Assembly (NCBI GenBank): GCA_013265495.1
Contig: MU062841.1
Span: forward strand, 9,635,786-9,699,785
Source of the DNA: Vicugna vicugna
Taxonomy: Eukaryota
Direction of reading: 5' to 3'
Length of the DNA stretch: 64,000 nucleotides
Made by a program: the position numbers and the translations under genes. Every line of letters starts with the position of its first letter. Position 1 is the first letter of the stretch. This document shows, in pieces, positions 36,501 to 48,800 of this stretch. Below the pieces are notes generated by a model, which saw only the letters and a list, made by a program, of their open reading frames with translations, searched no databases and was not told where the DNA came from.

Positions 36501-39500
36501 CCCCATGCCCTCTGCATTAACTCCTCTCTCAAGCACCTGGATAACAGTATCTGATGCATATTTCCGGAGTGTTTCAGATGCTAAAGCCACCAGGGAATGG
36601 AAGAAATTAGCTACCTGATGATCAGGAGCACGTAGGCCCCAGACCTTCTGGGGCCTAAGGATTGATCACCATCAACCAATGAGAGAATTGTGCACAGCTG
36701 ACCACCTACCTTGGGACGCCCCTCCCTCACCTGGCCTTTAAACATGCTTTGCTGAAACCCCTCAAGGAGTTCGGGGTTTTTGGGGGGTATGTACCACCCA
36801 TTTCCCTCGCTCAGCCCTGCAATAAACCTTTCTCTGCTCCAAACTCTGACATTTCAGTTTGGCCTCATGGTGCGTCCAGCTCACAAACTTGCCTTGGGTG
36901 ACAGTTTCTCTTCGCCACCAGATGCTGGCTCTGGGACCGAGTGTGCACTGTGAGCCTGGCCCTTCGCCATGAGGATGTGGAATATGAGACTTTTTACAGT
37001 CTGTGTACCCTGGATGCTGACTTCGAGGGCTGAGTATGTCCCCTGTGTCCAGTCAGAGGTGAGCTCTCACGACAGCCACTGGGGTGTGCTGCCGTCAGTC
37101 TCTCTTGGGGAGGGCAGTCAGCAGAGAGCGTCCAGCTCAGGTCATGCTCCCCTTGGACTGAGCACGGCAGAGGTCCTAGAGCCAGGCCGCCGCTGCCCCA
37201 CGCAGAACCCCCTAACAGGCAGGCTGTGCTCTGGGGCCCCCGTCCCTGGTTTCCCGAACCACCCAGTTCAGAACACTCCCTGCAGAGAAGTAGGTCGGTA
37301 GAAACAGACCCTTCTTTTCCCAGAGCCGGTACCTTTCCCTTAGGACTTCCCGACTCCTTGTCTTCCGGGCCTCATGCCTTTGGGCACGCTGGATCCAGAC
37401 CTTTCCTACACCAGTGGACACCCCAAAGGCAACTTTGCTGGCAACACCCAGAAAAACTTCTACAGGCTTGCTCGGCCATGCAAGGCCACCTTGGACTGTT
37501 CTTGGGGTGCAGAGGAAGCACTGCCTGCCAGGGCCCTAGTGGCAACTCAGAGGTGCCCGCAGACTGGCCAGAGCAGCTGATGGGGACCTGGGGGGCTGGT
37601 ACTGAGAGGCACAGCATAACGCACGCTTCCCGAAGGGATGCCTCCCCAGCCCTGCCACCCAGGGTTGAGCACACCACGGAAGAGGTTGCACAGAGAGCCA
37701 CAGGCTCAGTCCTGCCGGCCAGGGGCATAGGAAAGGAGCTTCCCACACGGCTCCGAGGAGCGCAGCACCCCCCGCCCCAGCAGCCTGTAGGACGGACAGA
37801 GTAAAACCCAAACTCTTATCAGCTTACCCGCCATCACTGCCCCACATCCCCTTCTGCTCCAGCCAGACCCGACCACCCGTCCTTCCCTGAGCAAGCCTCC
37901 ACTTTCCCACATCTCAGAGCTTTTACCTAAGCTGCTCCCTCTAGTTGGGACAGCCCTCTCCAACTGCCCATGTGGCAAATCACTCTGTCCTTCAAGATCC
38001 AGCTCCAATGGCTCCTTCTCAGTGAAGTTTTCCCCCACCACCCTTAGCGTCAGCCTTTCCATCTCGGGGTCCCTGCATCACTAGGCAGAGGCAAGAAAAC
38101 CAGGCCGAGCCTCCCTATCTCCAGGCCACAGCCCCCCAGACTTTCAACCACCCCTCAGAACACACCCATTTCAGTGCCCAGGGGACTCCTCTATTTGTCA
38201 GTATCCCCCTTAAAATACGGTGTCCCGGCAGGATGCTGACCAGAGGCTCCTGCTCCTGTGGGTGGCCCGAGGGCCTTCCTCGGGGATCCAGTCTCAACAC
38301 AACCGGACAGGTAGGATAGTGGATGGGGAGGACTGTGGCTCTGGAGTCCAGCTGTCTGGGTTGGATCCCAACTCAGATCGTGGCCCTGAGTCCCTGAACA
38401 CGTCAAGCTCCCTGAACCTCAGGTCTTTCATCTATAAAGTGGAGATAAAAATAGCCCAAATCTCAAAAGGTAGCTATGATTGTTAAGTGAGCTAGTCCCT
38501 GGACTGCGCTTAGACCAGCCCCGGGCACATGGTAGGGGTTAATGTAACAGGAGCCACACAGGCCGCTGTCCCCGAATGAAGGCTGGAACCCAGGGCTCCC
38601 ACCACTACCCTCACGCCTACAATGGTGGCGATTTGATAGAAAACAGGCTTGACAGCTTTCCTTGTTTCACAGGGGAAACCAGCAGGGGTAGGAGTGACTT
38701 CCAGGTAGATGGAGGGGCTGCGTTTATCAGACTCCTGTGAGCAGAGTAAGACAGACTGAGAGCTGAAAGAATATTCCAGTCACACCGCCTCCTCCCCCAA
38801 GGCGGGGCTCCCTGTCAGGACTTCTGCGAAGCCTTGCGGCCAGTTTATCTGTCCTGCTGCCGCGTTCACAGGGCACTCCCAGTCTGCTATCCCCGGGAAG
38901 CTGTGGGTCCTGCGTTCCCAGCATCCCGTCCCGTCTGCCGAGTTCTCCCTCCTGGCTTCACCCTCCCTTCCATCTCCAAGTTCTGATACATGAAGGCCAG
39001 CCAGGGAAGAGCAGACATGGCCAAGCTAGACATGTGTCAAATAATCTAGAAGGGCCATGAGCACAGGCAAGGACTGGGGAAGGCCTGGGACACAGGGGAC
39101 AATGGGGCCTGCCCCTCCAGACCACTGAGGACAAGCCCAGAGGGACCTGGGCTGGAGGGTCCCAGAGGGGCAAATTTAAACTACAGAGCTCCCCAGATCC
39201 CTCCTACAGTCTGTCACCTTCAAATGAAGATGCTGGGGACGGGGCCTTCAGGAAGCGAGAACAAAGCAGAACACACAGCCCTGGAGCCAGAGAGCTCTGA
39301 GTTTGAATCTCGGCTCAGACCGACCTAGTAGACTTGTTCTGTCTACACCAGCAGCCCCCACTAGAGATTTCTGAGATGGTGGAAATGCTCTGTTTTGTGC
39401 CATACAATATGGTAGCTATTAGTCACATGGGGCTACTGAACTCCCCAAATCTGGCTATTATGACTGAGGAATGGAATGTTTAATTTTGCTTAATTTTAAT

Positions 39501-42500
39501 TAAATTTAAATAGCCACACGTGGCTGGTCACTGCCATACTGGAAGGCATGCGTCTAGACATTTAATTTCCATGAACCTCAGTCTCCTTGTCTGTGTTGTG
39601 GAGAAGAGAGCCCCCACCCTGTCATGTTAACATGAGGAGTGGACAAGATGGTTTATGCAAAGTGCTTAGCATATCATAGGAAACTCAAAACTGTGAATAC
39701 AGTAGTATTACTTAAAGGTGTGTGTGTGGAGGTGGGGGTTACAAGCAAAGGAGGAAGCTGGGAATGAAAACAGGGCAGAAAACTGAGGAGATTTCCAATC
39801 GCCATGTCAGGAGGTGTTGAGAGGTGGCTGGCAAAACTTTTGACCTATTTTTTTCAGATGATTCACACACACTTTCATTTCATTTTGTTTTGTTTGTACT
39901 TTGTTACCCCCATCTGTTTCCTGTCAGAAAATCCTTAAAATGCAAAAAAAAAAAAAAAAAAAAAAACCTAAAAAAAGCCTATTTACTGGAATTTGGGGGC
40001 AGTGAGGAAGGAGGATCCAGGAAAGCTGTGTCCCTCCCTGCAGCCGGCCTGGGGACGGGGACACTCATTGATAATTGGGTGGGGAGCACAGTTTTGGGAA
40101 AAGAATGAAGCAGGTGGAATCCTTGCTTCACGTCAGTGGGGGATGGAGAGCCAGACAAGAGGCTTGGAGCTGAATAGGAGAAATGTGAGCCTTTCCAGGA
40201 CAGAAAGACAGACGGTCACACACACACACACACACACACACACCCCCGCTACACACACTCCTCACACATACCCCTACCGTGGGCTCTTCTGATGCTCTCC
40301 ACCAGGAGCCATTGTTTCCATGTAAGCCCTAAAGCTTCTGAGCAAGATGGTCCACTCTGAGCCTAATAACTTCACGGGGAGTGGCGGAGGCTGGGCTGTG
40401 AGTCGAAACGAATCTGCTGAATTTTACTTTTTGTAGTTTTACTTCCAAAATAATAGATATTTTGACTATATTGGCTATGCTTTCTCAGTCTATAGTCTCC
40501 CTCCTGCTCACAAACTCCAATACTTCTCCAGGCGTAATGGTCCTGGAGTAGCTGATATTTTTAATACCCAGTATTGATTCTCCTTTCTTCTGGTAATACA
40601 TCCCAATTTTCCTTTAGGGAGTGACTCTTTGTCCATTCAATGTGGTCTTGGAGGGATGGTCATTGAAGGTGCCCCAGCCAGAGGGTGAACACACAGGATA
40701 TCAGCCTAATCAGTGCTTTCTCCCTGGAAGGTGACTTTTGAGCACTACATCCCAGGAATGAAGCATAGTTCCTGCAGACAGCAGTGCCCTAAGGATGCTG
40801 CCCATTTGTCCCTGCTACCCAGACCCCTGCAGCTGCCCTATTCCTGGTCCTTCTGCAGCCTGGCTACTCAGCTTCTACTTAGTTTTCTAAGTTCAATAGC
40901 TGCCCAGTGAATTCTTTTTTGCTTAAGATAGTCAAGTTGGATTCTGTTGCTTACAACCAAGAACACTAATTGATACATAACTCCTCCCACTAAGAAAAAT
41001 TGACCTTGACTACTGCACCATGTGGTTTGCTTTGGTCAATGGAAAATGGGTGTGAGAATGTTCTAGTTCTGAGCACAGGCCTTAAGAGTCCTCCCATGTT
41101 TCTGCTCACTTCTTCCCCATGAGCACAGTATGTTCTGAGAAGAATGAGAGCCACATGGAGCTGACCTGAACCCCACTCAGCCTAAAGCAAAGCTTAGTCA
41201 AGAGAAACTGAACCCCAGACAGCCTGCAGATGCATAGGTAAGAAATAGATGCTTGCCATGAGATTTCAAAGGGTTGCTGTTGTTGTTGTTGTTGTTATGC
41301 AGCATTATTATGGCAATAGCTGACTGATACAGATTTGTTGTGATTTCCATCAACTTTAAGCCTAACAATTTTCAGATTCGTCTAGCCTAGGGAAGGGTTA
41401 GTGAAAGTCCTACCTGCTACTTTGACCTGGTTGGAGGCACAGGCTTTGCAGGGAAGCACCTGGAACTCTTCTGCTTGGTACATGGAGTAATCAGTACTTG
41501 CAATAACCAGGGTGTCTCCAGGCTTCCATGATTGTACATTGTCTTCCAGATTCAGGATGGTGCTGTTCACATTGGTGTCGATGGTGACGGTGAGCTTGGG
41601 CCTCACTGTAACCCAAAGCAGGAGAGCCTGAGATCTAAACCTTTGCTCAGGGCAAACTTCTCACTCCCTATCTCTTCCCTTCCTCTCCTTCAATCAGTAA
41701 ATGTCGGGTTTGCCTATCCAAAACCCAAATCACCAGGCTCACCCCATCCCAGTCTTGGTACAGGTTTTTGAAGTCAACAAAAACTCTACCAGAAAAGAGC
41801 CATTCATTAGCTCTGGGCAGGGGAATTTTCCACTAACTCCTCAGCTGGAGTTAAATGTAGCTGCCTCACCACACCCACTTTGCAAAAGATGTAAAACAAA
41901 TATAGCTCCTCTCAACTATTATTTACAGTAGCTGTAAGCCTCCCTTCCAAAGAACTCCCATCCCTAATGACTGCCCTCTGGAGATGGCCAAGTGCCTCTG
42001 AGAACAAACCGAACATTTCCAATCCCTCCTAACGAGCACCTCGGAACCAGCTTTAAAATAATAGCACCCAGTGAGGCAATGAGTTCTGGGTCTCTGCAGG
42101 GGAGGGCTGCAGGAAGGCCAGCTCTGTCCACGGCACCCCGGTTTTCTTGGACCAGGCCTTTATCCTTCCTGAAAGGCATATGGGCAGGGCGGGGTTCTGT
42201 AAGCTCCTGCCAACTCCGAGGACCATCCCACTGCTCCTGTATCCCAGAAGTGCTCTCCATTGTGAACTTGGCAGGAGCACGGTGTCACTGAGATAGCCGA
42301 AGGCAGCCGGTCCAGCCATTCAAACTCACAATGCACGGCTGCCAGCTCAAGGAACAGAGCCACAGTTGCATTTCTGTCCCCAGCAAGGAGCTGCTTACCA
42401 GGTTTCCCACAGAGGAACCGCACACGGTAGCTCTGGCAGGCTCGGCCCTGGTCGTAGCACACAAACCTATAATCCTGGCCTTTTTTGTAGACAGCCTCAG

Positions 42501-45500
42501 TGGTGAGGTTAACTCCATCTGCTGTAGTGGCCTGGGGAAGGCACAGAAATTATAGAGCAAAGTCACTTCTTTTTGTAAAGAAGGAAGGTAATGATTAATT
42601 CTATAAACATATACTCACGAGTCTAAAATTGTTTCTGCTCCAAAAATGATTTACAATGGCCTTAGATTATTATTCTACTGTTTCCCCTTTTCGATTTTGT
42701 TATAAGAAAGACAGCGTGAAGACATAGATTGGATAAACATCTTGCCTGGGGTCCTATGGTATCTGAGATCCAAACCGGGGACTGACTGCCCTGGTGAACA
42801 TCTCATGGAGAGAATCTGCAACAAGCACACTCTTTCAGGAGCAGAACCAGCTGCCTCTTACAACTCGGACCTCCACCCCAGGACCATCAACAGTGGCCAA
42901 CACGTATGACAGGCTCACTACGATCAACCCACTGGTGCCCAAATGTGGTTCCACATTCTGTGGGGAGTCTGTAGAAACATGCATGCCCAGGCCACATCCT
43001 TGGTGTCTCAGATTTGACTGTGTCTGGGGTGCAGCCTGGGCATCAGGACTTTTCAGAGCTGCCCAGGTGACTCCACTGGGCAGTAAAGTTTGAGAACCCC
43101 TCTTGTAGTTGCGGAGCTGAGTGCTCACGTACATTATCTCATCCCACCTTCATGGCTGTGAGGGCTGTGAGGGCTGTGAGGGCTGTGAGGTCGCTGGTGG
43201 TTTTACAGATCTGGAAACTGATGCTCAGAGAGGTTGGGTAACTTGCCAACATCACAAAGCCAGTATGTGGCAGAGCTAAAATTTGAATCCAGATGCATCC
43301 AACTACAGAGCTGGTGCGTCTCAGTCCCTCCCACTGCTGCCCTCAGACATACCACCTACAGTCCTTTTTTCAGCGTCTGTCTCCTCCCAGTGGATGGTGG
43401 GCTCTGGGAGGGCCAGGTTTTGCCTGCCTTCCTGATCCCAGCATCCAGTCCAGGTCCCAGCATAGATTGGAGTCTGTTGATGGGAGCTGATGGGTGAGCA
43501 GCTTCAAGGCCAGGTAGAGAATTTAAGGGTGCTCAGAGGAGGGCAGGATTCCTGCCAGCTGGGGCTCATCCCAGGACCAGGGTGTGTCCGCACCAAGACT
43601 GTGGCTGTCATCAGAGACTTGCAATTTAGAGCAAGGGCTGCAGCTGTTGTCCTCTTTGGCACGAAGACCAAAGGGACCAGGGATGAGCAAATAGGGAGGC
43701 AAAATGCAGTCAATCTAAAAAGGAGGAGGGGGCACTATATAAGAAACATCATTTTGAACCCAGCAGATATCTGCTGCCTTTGGCTTGGGAGGAGAGCTAC
43801 GTAGATGTGAGTTCAGCCAGAATTAAAATTCAGCCCCTTCCTGCAACAGTACCATCACAGCGATCACCTCAGAGGGGTTCAGGAGCAAAGCTCGAGGTCG
43901 CCTGGCTGTCATGCCCTCTCCTCTGACCCCCTGACCTTTTTCCCTGAGGCCAGCACGTTTTTCAGTAGAGCACCCCTTAATACTAAGAACTGAGCCTGAA
44001 AACATCATTCAGTGGAGCTGGACGTGTTTTAAGGCACAACATCCAACAATAATTTCAAGAAAAACATCTACTCAGTGTCGCTGCTTTTCTTTTTTTCCTT
44101 TTTTTAACCAGAAGAGCCACCTCAGTTTGGGAAAGGGCTCAGGGCTCCACCACTGCTCAGTGAGCCTGGATTGAGCTTTAAGTAGATGCAATTTGATTGT
44201 TATTCATGGTACTAATTATAAAGTAACTAGCAATCTCGTAATAGTAATACAAGAAAATTATTTTAGAATTATTTTAAAATTATGGGCACTCAGTACAGGT
44301 CAGGGGCTTCATGTACTGTTGCACTAGATCCATGAAATAATTCCATGAAGGAACAATTATTATCTCCATTTTTGCTTATGAAGAAATTGAGATACTAAAC
44401 TAAGTAACCTGACGCCCTAGTGAGGCACCGCGGTGCAAAATTTAAGGTGGCACTCACTCTGCCGGTCATGCAAGTGCAGAGTGGGCACCTGAGAGGGAGC
44501 GCCACCTTAAATCTTGTGCCGTTGGCACCTCACCTGTCTAATCCTCGTCCTGACACTGTTGATATGCCAGAGCTCACAAGGGGCAGAGCTAGGAATGCAA
44601 ACTGGGCTCTATCTGGTTTCAAATACATTTTCCGAACCACCAGACTGACCTCCTGCCACTGCACCAGGGCTGTGGGGGTGTGGGGACTGCCCAGCACGGT
44701 CTCCTCCCCAAGGAAGTGTGAGTCCAGGGGTTCCCACTGGCCTTGAAGGGCGGGTGGGTTTTAAGAAAGAAGATGGGAGGAAAGGGGATTTCAGCCCAGG
44801 AGAACCGCAAGGGGGACAAAGACACGGGGACAGGGGGGCTGCAGTTTGGGTTCTGATTTTGCAGAACCACAAACTATCAGATCTTGAAGGTCTCCTTGAG
44901 TTGAGGTCAACTGGGCTGGTCTCAGTACTTCCTCTCTCTCCAGCTTGCCCCCTCCCACCCTGCCTAGGTGACAGGAGTTCTTAACACCCTCTCCTTGTGC
45001 AGAGGCTTTGACTGGCTGTCAGGGACCTTGGGGGCAGCCACAGCTCTGAAGAGTCTTCAGGAACACTGGGCCCGGCAGGGTGGTCACAGTCACCTGTGAT
45101 TTCCCACAGTGGCAAAAACTGGCATGTGGCAAGCTCAGTCCTGTTCAGGCTCTTCTGTGGGTTAATCAGCTAGGGCTCCTGGCTGACGTGTCTGATGCCC
45201 TATTTATAAAGAGGATGAAATCTTGCTTCTCTCACCTGGGGTGAGCAGAGGACAAGTCTAGCTTGGCTTTTCTGATTTCAGAAAAACTCAGAATATATTC
45301 CACCTCATTGCCTTTTGTGTTTAAAGAGATGCTCTGGGTAAGTTTGGGGCCACTCCTAATTAAAGGCTGATGGTGAGAAAAGGGGAGAACTTGGCATCTC
45401 CAGGATGGAGCACCCCACCCTTTGCTCCACAGGTAGAGGTTTAATTCACTTTCAGAGGTACGTGGCATATTTTTACATGACTGCTTCAACGAGCCTTTAC

Positions 45501-45836
45501 TTTGCCAAGAAAAAGCCGAGATCCTATTTTGGAATTGAGAGTTTTGAACTAATAAGGGGCTACAATGCCTAGCAAAATAGTGTCAAAGAATGCACTTTTG
45601 TGTGGAGGCTGGCCCAAGCCTCAGGGTAATGCAGAAAACAGTTGTTGGGTCTTTCATTCTTCTCTGGACTTGGAACAGTTGAGAACTTGAACTCAGGGAA
45701 GTCATTGTCAAGGATACTCCTTTTGTTGAAAGAGAAACTGGTCCCTGCAATATGGCAGGAGACGGGTGGTTGCGGAGCATGGGATTGGGTCCCTACAGAA
45801 GGTCTGGGATTACGCAGTTGGTGAGCAATCACATAC

Positions 45837-45869
<33 letters not shown>

Positions 45870-48800
45870 TTTTCACCAGTCTCTTCTGCTACCTCTAAGA
45901 CTTCAGTAAAGTTTTATTCAGTGTTTTAGCCTGGCTTCGTTGTGCATGGACACATTCAGTGAAGAGCCTGTGTCCGGCTGGGAGCAAAGTTACTGAGAGT
46001 AAGAAACGCCTAAGGAAAGCTATTTTCCTGGCATGGAGAAGTGCTCTTCTAAACAACAGGGGTCTAGAGCCAGACGGCTGGCAGAGCAAACACCACGAGG
46101 GATTTGTAGAGCATGTAAGCATTCCTCGAGGATTTCCAGAAAATACTTGGGGAGGGAGAGCTGGTAAAAGACTGAACTTCCTGTAGCCAAGTAAGCTGGA
46201 AGAATAAAAGTATGGCTATTTCAGAATTAGAGCTGGAACGTTCAGGGTTGCAAGAGAAAATTAAAATTAAATCTGGGAAGTATGTACTTTGGGAGAGTCA
46301 GCGCTTTTTGACTCTGCTGGACCCAAGAAGAGCCTACAATGTGTAACTTAATCTTGGTAAAGCTGTCCCAGTAATACTGGAGCCATGTGAGGGGAGAGCC
46401 TTGGCCAGACAATGAGAGCGGTTCCTCAGCCTCTGCTCACTGCGGAACAGAGCATCCTCCCCTGGAAAAGTGGTCCCTTGTATGATGCAAGGCAGAGGGC
46501 AGAGGTCGTGCCTCAGATGGCGCAGTGGCGTGGAAGCCCAGTCACATGATCTGAGACGTGCAGTTAGAAAATCTGGGAGAAGGTGGTGGGCAAATGTCAG
46601 TTGCTATTTTTATTGGCTGAAAGAGGATAAAATGGGCAGGGATGGTCTGTCTCCAATGACTCTTAATTCTAAGCCAAACATTTAAGTGGCCCCAAATTAT
46701 GTTCTGGAAGAAGACCAGGCATAAGGAGATAAACTCCATTTTCTTGCCCAGGTCTCTATCTTTCCTGTTGTTCCTTGAGCCCAGCAGCCCACCAGCTGAG
46801 AGCCACTGAACTGTGAGAGCTGCCTGTTCACCCCACACTTTTTTGCTGGAGCCAGCTGAGAAAGTCAAGGTCCCCCTTTGGACAGAGGTCACTCCAAGGA
46901 ATGACCCTGAGCAAACACTGTCCGTTCTGTGCCTGCTGCCGTTTCTTTAGCCAAGTGGAGAACAAGGCCGTGGGTCTTCTCCGCCTGGGCTGGGCTCAGC
47001 CGGCACCCAAATCCCAGCTGGTTCCTGTGCATTCGAGGTCCCAGAGGAAATCGACTGACGAGTGAAGCTGAGTAGGTCTCAAACCATCCCCGCACTGGGC
47101 ACCCCCAGTCATGGCTGAAGAAGCAGGTTGGGGAGAAGGAAAAGGAACGTGGCAGCGGGATGCAGGAGAGAATTTGAGTCCTCGCTTTGGAACTCACTGG
47201 TGGGGCAGATAAGCAGCCTCCATCTCAGTCTCTAAAGTGAGGACAGGGCTGTCTGGCTTACCAACATCGTAGGAGGGCCACGAGAGTCACACCACTCAGA
47301 CAGCAGGAAAGTTTGAAGACTCTACAGAGTCTTCTTCCAGATAAAGCGTTCTGAACCTTTATAATGATTTGGTTACCTGTATATCAATGGGGCGATTGCA
47401 GATTTTTCCTGGGTAAGCCGCTCGGAGGTCTGAAATTTTCTCCCCACCTTTAGTGTAAGACACTTTGTCATGTTCAAACCATTCTGTCCACTCCACATCT
47501 GGGCGGAAAGCAAAGAGCAGGGTCAGTCAGGCGGGCTCCGGGGAGCCCGCCACACTCCGTGCAGCTCCCACGCACCCGCTGCGCAACGGGGTTGAACACC
47601 AGCCATGCAGGCTCGCACCGGGGGCCTGTAAACAATCTGTCAACTCCCCCATTTCTCCCAGCTCTTAATTAAAAATGCCTCTTATTGTCTATCTTGTTTT
47701 ATAAAAGCAATAGATAATCTTCACGATTGCCCAAAGGAGAAAGATGAAATCCACCGGTTAACCCATCATCCGAGGATTTCGGTGAGGATTGCAGCTTGCC
47801 GCTGCCCCCACCCCCACCCCCACCACGCGTGTGCTCCTGGAAGGCCAGGTCCTGCTCCAGGGTTCCCTGTTCAGTGCCATCGCTTGGTGCAGAAAACGTA
47901 TTCCAAGAGGTTAGATATCCCTCTGGGCTATTCACCACTGAGACTGGATTAATTAAAGACAGCTTTCAGCTGCAAACTGAATCGAAGCTGCAGCAGTCAA
48001 GGAGTTCTACTGATGCAGAAGAAAAATCCTCATTCTGCAAAGGTAATGAGTCCTGTCCTTTTGCACCACTGTTAAGGTTTACCGAGTTGTCCCAAACTCC
48101 TCACCTTGAACCCACTCGCTGGATGAAGAGACATTGAAATGCTCGCCATGCTCTGTCTGGAAGAGCTTGAACACCCGGGCAGCAGCGGAGCCACGGTGTC
48201 CTGTCAAAGGAACCAGAGGCTTTAGCAACCAAACAGACCCTCTAAATTCAGAGGGATGTGATTCTAAGACAGCGAAATCCCCCTACACATGTGGATCTTG
48301 AGCCATTTCTTAAAAATACAAAGTTTCAGGCCAGTCTTTCCACTTGGGGAGCAGATTATTGATCACTCCTTCTAACTGAAATGTTCCCCCAACTCTGAAT
48401 TTTGGAACCCTATCACTTCTCGTGTGAACTCCTCCCCACGGTTAGAGCCGGCAGGACCTTCCGAAACCTTCTCTGGGCAGAGGAGGCTGGCGCCGTGTGG
48501 TACAGCCCATCCAAAGCATCTTTTTAGCTCAAAATATTACCCCTGCTTGTTCCATCCCAATTCTCATCTTTCCTACGTCACTTGTTTTGGATTAAGCCAA
48601 TGACAATTTCTTTGAAAATGTAAATATTATCTCAGTAACTGGCCTTAAATCAGTATGGATTTTTGCCACGCATGTGACATGGGAGGTGGGTTCTAAAGGA
48701 GGAAGGTGGTTCAGAAAGACCTTGAGCCTCTTGGTCAGAGAGACACGGCAGGGGATCCGGCCTCTCGCCATGTATTACCGTGATATTCAATGTGGTCTTC

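Noticed and set aside
33736-37804. Long intronic ORFs (198 aa at 33736, 192 aa at 37226) as nested genes or retrocopies
   Set aside because: No protein similarity, no poly(A)/TSD signature, biased composition
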